DNA from: Dudresnaya verticillata
Taxonomy: Eukaryota
NCBI GenBank assembly: GCA_977862235.1
Contig: OZ374564.1
Span: 1,984,001-2,048,000, forward strand
Reading direction: 5' to 3'
DNA length: 64,000 nucleotides
Shown here: piece by piece, positions 34,801 through 45,900 of the stretch
Position numbering within the stretch: position 1 is the first letter of the stretch
How the letters are laid out: each line of letters starts with the position of its first letter
The notes under the pieces: generated by a model
The model's input: the letters and a program-made list of their open reading frames with translations, nothing else
What the model was told of the DNA's origin: nothing
Database searches by the model: none
Made by a program: the position numbers and the translations under genes

Positions 34801-36391
34801 GTGGCACCCGAATGTATCATAACTTGCGCCGACAGGTCTATTGGCCTGGTATGGCTCTCGCAGTATACGCGAACGTTCGAAATTGTGTCAAATGCGCTCG
34901 GGAACGAGTCCAATTACGGCAACATGCTTCGCAAATGAAGCTGTTCCCGGCTACGATGCCGTTAGAATTCGTGGGGATTGACATCCTAGGACCGCTACCC
35001 CGATCGAGTAAGGGTAACGAGTACGTTCTCGTAATAACCAATCGCTTCTCAAAGCTCACCAGGGCTGTCCCATTGAAAACGGTAACAGCTTACACCGTGG
35101 CAAGAGCGTTCTGCGAACATTGAGTATACACTTACGGGCCTCCCCGCTATGTTTTGTCGGACAACGGTCCGCAGTTCGCATCGAAGTTTTTCATAGCCGT
35201 CTGTGGCATACTTCGGATCAGGAATCTGTTCACGTCTACTTTCCATCCACAGACGAATGGACAAACCGAGAGGTTTAATAGAACCTTGTTGGCCGGGCTG
35301 AGACACTTCATCTCCGATGACCAGAAGGATTGGGATGAATTCACGTCGGCTTTGACATACGCGTATAACACGACCGTTCACCGCGGGACCGGTCTTGCGC
35401 CCGTCGATTTGGTTTTATCTAACCCTCCCACGTCCATTTTAATGGAAAGAGCCGAGACAGTAGACGTTGGAAACGTTCCAGCAACTAACGTGAAGAAACG
35501 GCTGACTACCCGGCTCGAGAAGCTGATGGACACAGCGTTGCCACGCCTGCGGATGGCCCAGCGACGATATGAAGTTAACTTCAACAATCGTATGCGGTTG
35601 ACTAACCAAAACGTACGCCCAGGCCAATGGGTATTTCTCGAAAGAGAAACGAAGGTGAAAGACGCCAAAGGCGTGGCTCGAGAAGGGAAGTTGTTCCCAA
35701 AAGCGCTAGGCCCCTTTAAGGTACTCGAACGAGGAACACACACAGTCGTGTTGCAAAAAGCTGGCGAAAAAGAGTTAGTCTCTCTGGATCGTGTAACATT
35801 GGCCCCATCGCCAAACGATGAGTTCGGCGCTATTGGGCAAGTGCCCCTATCGTGGAGTCTGGGCCTGACGACGCGGAACCAGCAGACCCACCCTCGAGGG
35901 CAACGCCCCCGAATACCAGTGGTGTCGAAAGGACACCGGCGCAACCCGCTGGTGAGTTGTTGGAAACAATCGTCGAGGCCGCAGATGCGCCGACTGTCTT
36001 GCCTCCACGGCGAGAGACCGATGATATCGATAATGCCTCTGGCCCGGTTTCCATAACCGCACCTACTCACGAGGTTCTCATGCCGCCTGGATCAGGCGAT
36101 CGCGCACCAGTGGTATCCGAGGACAATCATCCTCCCCGGTCTGGTGGTGAGCCAGCTACTATCGAAGCAGATGAGACGGCTCCACGCCGTAATTTCTCAC
36201 GCTTCAAGAAAGCTCCCCCTCGGGAATATGTTTACGACAAGCTAGTTGATTACGACGCTGAGTCGAAACTGTACAAGGTACGCTGGTACCAATGTCCTGC
36301 CTCACAGGACACGTGGGAGCCACGACAGCATCTCCCGGATAACTTAGTCAAGCGGTATCACCGTAAGAAGGGAATCCCCCTTCCCGCCTAA
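31807..36391 (+). pseudogene. pol: pol of element A: PR, RT, RNase H, integrase, chromodomain (disrupted)
   Basis: LDTGAG; YLDD; TDH; HHCC and IDIL/SDNG/TERFN; chromodomain YKVRW...DTWEP; frameshifts ~32850 and ~35840, TGA at 35121-35123. Confidence 0.95.
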
Positions 36392-36538
36392 CTACTGGGA
36401 TACCAGTCTGTATATCAGCCTGTGGCTAGATGGAAAACCTATTTCGTAATGCCAAGGGCATATGTCCTCACCCTCCCTCTGGATAAGAGAGGCGAGTGGT
36501 ATTGTAACCCAAGACCGATGTCTTAGAGAATGTTGCGC

Positions 36539-36663
36539 AAATGCGATGTATAATACGGAAGGTTCAAGACCTTGGATAGATGAAATGCGATGTATAATAT
36601 GGAAGGTTCAAGACCTTGGATAGGTGAAATTGATAGATGATATGGAAGGTTCAAGACCTTGGC
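36539..36663. repeat. ~44-bp tandem repeat x3 with a hairpin core in the 3' region of element A
   Basis: ggAAGGTtcaagACCTTgg in each of three units. Confidence 0.85.
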
Positions 36664-37368
36664 TAACGTGTAGGAAATGGTGGGAACCATAGGACACGAG
36701 CTCTGGGACGTTGCTACGTGACATGCCACAAACGCGGAAGAAGCGACCTCAGGCACAGAGCCTCTCAGACGACCTCCTGGCTCATAAGTCATGACTCCTT
36801 CTATCACCCAAGACGTCAACGTCTTATTGGAGGTCCCATGACCTATGAGTCACCCGGCGCCGCTCGCCCCCACGCTAAAAAAGGGAAGGAAGAAGGGAGC
36901 ACGACTACCCCTCTCCCTAGAAAGAGGGGTCTCACCCTGAATAGGCTCCGACTGACCAGCACGGCAGGCGTTGGCGCCAAATAGAGTTCAACTCTACAGT
37001 CTGAACCACCCCTACTGTAGAGTGGCTCCTTCTGAGATGGCAGCCCCTCACTGGCCATTCCCCAAGGAAGAGGCGGATTGCACGACGAATCAAAATTCGT
37101 GGAAGAAAATATCCGCGGCACGGAGCCCCTACAGTGGCACCGGGCTACAGTGGCTCCTCTAAGGAGTACGAACACGCACTTGCGTCATGGTGCCGAGCGT
37201 ACAGAACGCTCAGTGGGCTAAGCTAATAACAGGTCGGCTCCAAGCCGAAGGTGATTCAACAAGCAGAATTACTTTACGTTAGCGGATAAGCCGCTCTTGC
37301 CCAAGTAAGGCGGATTACGGGACGGGCGCCTAAGGCGCCTAAGGGAGTAAGGTGATTGAGCAAACCAC

Positions 37369-39625
37369 CTAATCGGACAATAGGTCGATGACCTCGTCCT
37401 CTTCAAGCGGAGGGTTAGGCTGCGGAGCCGAGTGGGATACCACTACGCGACGGACCTCGCGCACTATGTGGCGCCCTCGACCAAGTCGACGACTACCACG
37501 TTCGCGATGCGATGACATGTTGTTATCACCACGGCTTTCAGCCGTCGGACGCTCGATTTCCATCGCGTCGACGCCATGCGTAGTGGTGGAGACGTCGGGT
37601 TCCACTTCGTCCTCCTCTTTGACGACTAGCTCGGTCTTCACGACAAGGTCGTCCCGACCAACTGGAGGCTTCTCTGCCTGGGTCCCCTCTTGAGGATGAG
37701 TCGTTGTGGGCTTTGAGCCTTCGTTTGCCAGGGGCGGCCGCTGTCGATCCCAAAGCCGGATCTGATGCGCTTTGCGTCACTTTGGCTTTAGAGCCAGTAC
37801 GTGGGCATTCTTCGCCCAGAAGCTCCCCCGAGGGGGCAAAGCCGGCTAGCGCCGTGGTAGGCACTTGAGGCGTCACCAACGAGGCGACGGCCTCCTGCCG
37901 CAACTCTCTCCCGACCGGCTTTGAAGTCGAACCCCCGCCCTTCACCACCGTCGCCGACGAATCTTCTCGCGGCACAACTGCCATGTACTCGCTCGTTTGA
38001 GCGCGAGGGTCGAGCCCTGCGACGCTGGTCGACTCCATCTTGACTGAAGACGCCCCAAGATGGCCAATGCCACGACGCGGGGTGATCTCCGCTTTAGCGG
38101 CACGTCGGCCCAGGGGAGGAAGAGACGCGAAATGAGCGCGAAGACGCTCCATTTGGTCGACAGGACCAGGCGTCCTTATCCACTCACTTTCATAGTCTAT
38201 CATGACTTCTTCAACCCAGTCTGCAAGACTGTGAATGTTCACGTGACGAAAGTCCCAATGGGCAAAGAGGCGAATGGCCAGACCACGTCTGTTGAACACA
38301 TCTCGGATGACTTGATCCGCCTTCGCATATGCGGACGCAGTTGGTGCATGAGGCCCCTGAGTCTGGCCATCGACGGTACTATCAAATAGTGGGACATCGT
38401 CTGGCGTTTGTGGCCCTGGCTCACGCCATTTCGAACTAACCCAACCAGTGGTGACGCCGATCATACGAATACCTTCGTCGAGAATCAGAGGGCTCTCCTC
38501 AGACGGCTCCGGCTGTATCATATAGTCGGGCAAAACCAGACGCCACTTGAGCGGGTCAAAGTCGACCCAATCTCCACGGTCGAAGACTGGCGTCAAATGC
38601 CCCGTGTTTTCTGGGAGATGACGATTACGCTTGGAGATATGACTCCACTTGAACCGCTCCACAAAGCACAACAGGACTTCCAAGTCCTCATCGTCGGAGT
38701 CGTTAGCGGTCAACCCCGCTGGGCCCAGGGCCCTAATCGCCACCCGAAGCGGCTGCCCAATGAAAAATAATAGGCCACGCCGGGCCTCGTAGACAAGGTT
38801 CTGGGCAACCGAGACGACCCACTCATGTCTGAAGATGCTCCATAGCGCGCTATCATCCATGGCCTTCGCCATCATTTCTAGACCCAAATAGGCGATAATG
38901 GTGGGAACACCAACGGGCATAGAATAGGACACTTCATAGTTCTTGTGATCGTCCGGCACCTGGGGATACGTCCCATTGTAGAATTCAGGCTTGATAGCCG
39001 ATACCTCTTGGCAATGGCAGGGCACCAAGCAACCCGTTTCATGACGTTCAAGACGCTCGAAGCGAGTATATTCCAACGGCTTCGCCGTCTGCGGGTTGTC
39101 GAGGGCATACTTCAAGTTGGATGACTCATCCCATCTCACGATGCGAGCCAAAGTGTATGGGAAATTATCCCTACCCGCACGAATAAGCGGCCGCTCGTGT
39201 ATGACCATACTGAGATCCCACTCGCCATTTTGGTGGATTTCTTCCAGTGTGTCGGTGGTCGAAGCTAGCTTCTGAGCTAAGGTGTTGCTCCACGGCACTT
39301 CGTGCCGGAATAGCACATACGCGAGATCCCAGTGAAGGGTATGGGCATCGCCATAGAGACGGGGTAAGAAGCGGTTTGTACCGGTTAGGATACTCAACCG
39401 CGCCCGCATAAGGGTGTTCCAAACACGGTTTTGAGCCGTACGACTTCCGAGACGTCGAATCTCCTCGCGACTGGCACCTGCCCGCACCTTAAGGTGTGCA
39501 AGGTCGGTACGCAGGAGCCAGTCGCGGCTATGAGAAACAGCAAACGGCACACCTGCCGCATCCACCTCGTGCCCGAGCACATTTGCACATGAGCCGACAG
39601 CTCCATACGCTAGCGGGGGCGCCAT
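37369..39625 (-). CDS. Antisense accessory ORF of element A (695-aa ORF; probable true C-terminus at 37369 via one frameshift)
   Basis: ATG-initiated long ORF opposite to gag-pol between chromodomain and PPT; globular N-half, low-complexity C-half; overlapping frame ends EEDEVIDLLSD*. Confidence 0.85.
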
Positions 39626-40402
39626 AGCCCCGATGTGACTTCAACTGCGACGTCGGCTCCAGAGCCGATCCGAAGACTCGACGAGCACGACCTGATTAAT
39701 TCTTCTAAGGCACGGAGGCCTTCTGAACATCGGCTCCAAAGCCCCCTGTGGGTGATGAGCGCGACCTGAGTCTTCTATGGCTTTCAAACCGTCTCAAATT
39801 CTGACCGTCGGCTCCAAAGCCGCTCCGCACAGACAGCGAGCGCGACCTGAAAAGTCTCCGGCGACTTGGCAAATTCTTCGCGCAAGAACCCCGGCGCACG
39901 TGGCACACGCCCACAACGGCACCGGAGCCGGCAAGGAGGTCTGCCGTTGCGATCGGCGGCGTCAGCCGGGAGGTTGCACAACAGCGACGTTGGTCGCAGG
40001 GATGAGTCACCGCGACGAAGCGGCGTCTACTGGCGCGATTGGAAGGTCGGAGGGCACTGATAGCCGCGCGTACGACAAGGGAGGTTGGTCGCGTCCGGGC
40101 TTGACCGCAGCAGAGTGGGCGGGGGACGAGAGTCCTAGTCGGTTTAATAGGCGCTCGCCAGACGGGCACCCCGCGAAATCGATACCAGTCGTGCGTTGCA
40201 CGGTCGCCGCCGACGGTACGGGCCGTCTTGATTTGGCCTTCGACGCTTGTCGAGATGGGTGTAGAAACCCGAGAAAATTGGGAGGCGGTTGCAAACCGTG
40301 TTCGCTGGGCCACTGAACGGACTAAGATTGAAATCTCAACGGTCCATGTAATTGGAAACGGCGTTGCTGTCAACTCTGGACTGAGCGCGATCGCTCAGCT
40401 TT

Positions 40403-40413
40403 AAGAAGGGGGA
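40403..40413 (+). promoter_or_regulatory. Polypurine tract of element A (AAGAAGGGGGA)
   Basis: Sits 2 nt before A's 3' LTR once element B is removed. Confidence 0.85.
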
Positions 40414-40418
40414 CGTGT

Positions 40419-40881
40419 TGTGGTGCAAACGTCTGAAGACGATGAACCACCGAGCAGTTCGGGGCTCGGTGGGTAGCTGCGCCCTCGGCGGTAGGTAGAC
40501 CCGCCGTGGGCGACTTGGTGGTAGAGCAAAAGGAACACGCCTTGGGCGGACTGTAAACGCCCGAGGCGGAAAGAGAGGGAAAAGGGAAAGAGAAAGGGAA
40601 CACGTCAAAGACGATGGTAGACGTGGAAGCACGGGAGGTAGACGCTTAGCCGTAGGCAGCGGTAGAATGCGCGCGTGCGGAACGGGGAAGTCTGGACCAA
40701 GGCCGGCTTGCCCGGGCGTTTACTGTGACGTCTGGGACGGCTTACCTAAGTATAGTACGGCGGCGCGGCGGCGTGCGTGTAGCGCGGGAACTCGGGACAC
40801 GTGTCGTCCCGAGGCGCGTCTGACAGATCACGCGTCGCATGCAGCCGCGCGTCTGATAGATCGCCGTACAATCCCCTGTGT
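40419..40881 (-). repeat. Truncated 3' LTR of element B (463 of 897 bp)
   Basis: Identical by eye to 58970-59432, then abruptly diverges; the rest of the LTR and the PPT are absent. Confidence 0.9.
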
Positions 40882-42159
40882 AAGGCGAACCGTCCGCGAT
40901 TCGCGATGAGTCGGACTCACTCCGCCTGTGGCGATTGGGTCCATTATAATCCGTGGACTAAGCGTCGTACGACAAAGAACGTTGCGGAACGCCATCGCAA
41001 AACGGACCGCTTCACCCCGGATAATCACCCGCGTGGTTTGCGTAAGAGCTGCGACTTTGTCGGTGATTTTCCTCCGCATTTGAGTGCCTTAATGGCCGAG
41101 GAGGATGCGTTTAACGCCGATGGCGGACCGGAGAACCCGTCTGGGACGGATATCGCTACGCCAATGGCGGTTGAGTCGACTGCCGAGCCCGCGTCTTCGG
41201 CTTTGCCCGGAGGTGTTGTTGGTGGCGGTGGGGTGCCAACTGGCTTGCCAGCTGTTGCGCCTCTTGACCTTGCTGCCCCCGTCGCTGACGATGATGGCGA
41301 TGCCGTTATGGCGACGCCAACGTTGGAGCCGGCTCCGCCGACCGTGACGCCTCAAGGCGAAGCATCAAACGTCGCAGACGGTTCTGGGGGTCCAGCTTCG
41401 GGGCCGGTTTGGACCGAAGAACAGCGCCGCACCGTGCTTGCGTTATTTCAGGCGGCGGGCGTCGCTACTAGCGGTTTGAGCGGCTCACCCACTGAGTGGA
41501 TGAGCCAAGCTTTGGCGGCTGCGGTCCCACCTCAGGGTGGGCCCGCGCCGAAGTCGACTAGTGTCGTAGGTTCTGCGTCGAAGGACGGTGTGGCAGAGAA
41601 GCCTTCGTCGCCTAAGGCGAATGGTCCGGCATCTAAAGACGTGAGTATGACTGTACCGCCTGCGGCGAGCGAGGCGAATGCCACTGTAGCGTCTTCGACG
41701 GTTCAAAAGGGGCTACAGGCTCCTGCGTCGTTGACGGGTGTCGTATTAAAAACGCCGAAGGCGAGTGAAGAAGCGACGCCAACCAAGGCGGTTTCTGAAT
41801 TGACGCCAAAGGCGATCGACGAGTCGTTGAGTACGCTTAAAGCGGATGGGGCTGTGCCCGCGCCTATGGCGAATGGTAACTTAGGCTCTGCGCCTGTGGC
41901 GGGTGTTATTGCTTCGTCGCCTTTGGCGGATATCGTCGCGACGACGCCCAAGGTGATTGATGAGTCTCCCACTTCGCCTGTGGCGCCTGTTGCAGCCACT
42001 CCGGCAGTTGCGGTGGCAAGGCCTTTGCGTCCCGCCCCGGCTCCTGCCGTGAGTGTGCCGTCAACGACGGAGGACGACCTCTACGAAGAGGCGTTGCGTG
42101 AGTCCGCCGAAGGCGTTGGGGACGTGCCAGCCGATTCGTCTGCGACGAAGGAGTCTTGA
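40882..42159 (+). pseudogene. C-terminal remnant of the antisense accessory ORF of element B
   Basis: Open frame (ATG 40906) opposite to B's pol; KANR...GDWVHYNP resembles A's KRNR...GDWVDFDP; A/P/S/T-rich tail with acidic end. Confidence 0.7.
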
Positions 42160-42985
42160 TGTCGTTTTAGGAATGGATAGCGGACGCGAGGTGCGTATTG
42201 TGTTGCCCTTCGGCTCCTTTGCGGGAGCGACGAGCGGAGTATTACCCTTCATCTTTGACGATTAATGTAGCTGTAGTGGTCGATCGCTAGGGCGAGGGGT
42301 TGTCCCCATTTTTATTTAGCCCAGTAAACTTCGGCCATTGTCAGCGTCTTTGTGTGTCACGTTTCGCGTTGGCCTTAGGGTGTAACCTTTTGCTCCACTT
42401 TCGACTTTGCGTCGTGTTCTTAGTTGTCCGCTACAGTAGCGTTGGCGTTTGATGCCTATAGCCTTGGCCGTGCGTTGGCACTTGGCTGTGTTTGTCCAGT
42501 AGGGTCCGCTGTAGTAGCGTTTTTCTTCGTGTTTCACGCGTGCCGTTGGCGTAATTCCGCTTACTTAGCATTTTTGCAATGCATGTGTCGCACTGCGCCT
42601 GGGGCGTGGTTTGTCGTCGTCTTCGACGAAGGTAGCGAAGGCGGTGAGGTAGGTGTTGACGCCTCTTTCGTCTTCGACGTTCCTCCTTGGGGGTAGGGTA
42701 GAGTGTCGCGCTTGCGTGACTGCGGCGCGGCGGCTGCAGGCAGCGGCGGAGTCGTTGGCAATTTGTTGGCGCGTCGTGCACGGAACCCGCAGCAACTGCG
42801 TCTTCGACCACCTTCCCCCCCCTTCGGGGGTGGGTTTGTCGGTGCGCCCCCTTCTGGCGAGTTACGTCGGAGACGTTCGATGGTTCTTGCGCGCGAGACC
42901 GTGGCCGGCGGGGTGGCGGTCCCAGGGACTTGGCCGTGGGGCGAGTGCACGTCTCGACGTCGGAGACGGTTGTTGTGCGCTACCA

Positions 42986-45900
42986 CGTTGCGCCTGTTGT
43001 CGCCGGGGCTCGTAGCACCTGATCAGCCACTTGGCATTATTGCGTTCGTCGTGCGTTGACGGCGGGGTGGTGCGCGCCGCCGTGTTTGGGAATTAAAATT
43101 TTGACCAACTGTTGTTGCCTATTGCCCGAGGGGCGCCAGCGACGGATCTCGATTTGCGATCGGGATCCACTGTCAACAGCGCACCCATCCAGAGGTTCCG
43201 TATGGGGGCTGCTGCGAGGTGGCGTGCGCGAGGCCGTCTATGACGCAACGACTTGCGTCCGCGTTCGTCCCTGGCGTGCATACGTGTTTGGCGCTGTCGC
43301 TCTGGCGACCGCGTCCACAGGCCATGGGTTGAGCTTCCGCGCCTTTGGTGATCGTAGGTTGAGCACGCGGTCTGGATCGTCCGTCTATTCGCTTCCAGCG
43401 GTGGTTGTGGATTAGGGTTAGCCTCGCTGCGCGTCGTTGACGTTTGGCGGCAGCTGCGTTCGTTTTCGACGGTGGTATCTTGTGACGTGGGATCGCGGCA
43501 AACTGGAGACTGGCTCCCAGGTGTTCGCTGAAGCGGGGTATCCAAACCATTTGACGCTGTAGAGGATCTCACCATCATCCGCGTACGCGTGCGACTCGAT
43601 GCGGTCGATCACGTATTCTTTCCCGCTCACAGCGTTTGGCTTCGTCGTGTGCCTTTCCAGCGCCTTGGGCGGTTCTTCTAGTTGCGTGATGGGCGTCTTT
43701 TCCGGTTCGGTGAACCATACTCGACGAGTTCATCGCCGAAGGCGTTGGCTTTGGGCCTCGGACGCTCCGTCAGCGGTAAGTGGGTTGCTGCGTCTTGGGA
43801 CGGGTCCATCGCTTGCAGCGCCTTGCTTCGTGCTTGCACGGTTAACGTCTTCGTTATCGGACGTGCTTGCACGGTTAACGTCTTCGTTATCTGACGCGCT
43901 TGCAGCAGAGTCATTGTTCTCATTCGGCGGTGCCGTAGCGACGTGTTCCAAACGGGTTCTGACCCCTGGGGTAATGTCGTCGTTGGAGAAGGATTGCGAA
44001 GCGCGGTCGTCGGGATCGGCGGCGAAGGGCGAAAGCTCTGCCAACCCACGACTGCGTGACGCTGTGATCGTACGCTCTTGCGGATCTCCCGCAGTATTCG
44101 AAGTCTCTTCGTCCCCCTCCAGGTCCGCTAGTGGCGTGCGTGGGGTAGTCGTCCCTTCGTCTTGTGACGTGGGGGCGGCTGCTTCCTGCTCCTCAGGCGG
44201 GCCTGGTGGTACGACGATTGGAGGGGCCGCCTGACCCGGTGGGGTCGGCGCCCAGACCACGCGGTCTCGGGACAAACGTTCCCGCTCATCAGGTCCCTTG
44301 TCGACGGTTACCGTTTCGTTATCAACGTGGGTTACCCGGTACGGTCCGTCCGCCACTGGCGCCAGCTTATGCTTACGCTCTGCGCGATCGGTGCTCCCGC
44401 CTCGGGCGAAGTATTCCTTACGTACGAATACGAAGTCGCCCACGGCGATTGCTTCCTTCGATTTCCTTAATCGGGTATCGAAGTTTCGTTTGTAACGTGC
44501 TTGAGTTTTCGCTAACGACGCTTTAGCGGTTCCCATCAGTGCAGCCAGCCAGGTTCGCCACTTGGTGTCGTATTGCCCCGCGGTGGGTACGCTTTCGAGC
44601 GAAGGTTCCGCTTCGAGCGACAGGGGCCGTGGTGGTTTAGACAGCACCAGTTCAAACGGAGCGAGATGCGTAGACGAATGCAACTGTGTGTTGTATGCGA
44701 ACGTCAAGGCATCCGTGAACAGGTCCCAGTCTCTCGGATGATCCGCAACGTAGTGACGCAGCGAGGCCAGGATAGTTCGATTAAATCGTTCTACCTGGCC
44801 ATTGCATTGCGGATGGTACGTCGTGGTGAAGAGATTCTCCACTCCCAAAAGACGGCAGATATCCTGAAACAGCTTAGCCACAAACTGTGGTCCGTTGTCG
44901 GACAACAGTTTCTTGGGAGGACCGTACACGAAGACCCAATGTCGTACAAACGCCTTAGCGATTTCCAATGCCGTAATACTACGCAGTGGGACCGTCCAGA
45001 CCAGCTTCGAGAACGTTGCGCCTGTTGTCGCCGGGGCTCGTAGCACCTGATCAGCCACTTGGCATTATTGCGTTCGTCGTGCGTTGACGGCGGGGTGGTG
45101 CGCGCCGCCGTGTTTGGGAATTAAAATTTTGACCAACTGTTGTTGCCTATTGCCCGAGGGGCGCCAGCGACGGATCTCGATTTGCGATCGGGATCCACTG
45201 TCAACAGCGCACCCATCCAGAGGTTCCGTATGGGGGCTGCTGCGAGGTGGCGTGCGCGAGGCCGTCTATGACGCAACGACTTGCGTCCGCGTTCGTCCCT
45301 GGCGTGCATACGTGTTTGGCGCTGTCGCTCTGGCGACCGCGTCCACAGGCCATGGGTTGAGCTTCCGCGCCTTTGGTGATCGTAGGTTGAGCACGCGGTC
45401 TGGATCGTCCGTCTATTCGCTTCCAGCGGTGGTTGTGGATTAGGGTTAGCCTCGCTGCGCGTCGTTGACGTTTGGCGGCAGCTGCGTTCGTTTTCGACGG
45501 TGGTATCTTGTGACGTGGGATCGCGGCAAACTGGAGACTGGCTCCCAGGTGTTCGCTGAAGCGGGGTATCCAAACCATTTGACGCTGTAGAGGATCTCAC
45601 CATCATCCGCGTACGCGTGCGACTCGATGCGGTCGATCACGTATTCTTTCCCGCTCACAGCGTTTGGCTTCGTCGTGTGCCTTTCCAGCGCCTTGGGCGG
45701 TTCTTCTAGTTGCGTGATGGGCGTCTTTTCCGGTTCGGTGAACCATACTCGACGAGTTCATCGCCGAAGGCGTTGGCTTTGGGCCTCGGACGCTCCGTCA
45801 GCGGTAAGTGGGTTGCTGCGTCTTGGGACGGGTCCATCGCTTGCAGCGCCTTGCTTCGTGCTTGCACGGTTAACGTCTTCGTTATCGGACGTGCTTGCAC

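Noticed and set aside
37538..39625. Antisense ORF as an env gene
   Set aside because: Wrong strand, no signal peptide, no C-terminal TM anchor
40879..42985. Third nested element starting TGTAAGG at 40879
   Set aside because: No second LTR, no TSD and no resumption of B's LTR; the sequence resembles A's antisense ORF, so a deletion explains it better
43408..43422. ggaTTAGGGTTAgcc telomere-like word in each 2028-bp unit
   Set aside because: Only ~1.5 units and it overlaps the chromodomain stop codon; chance
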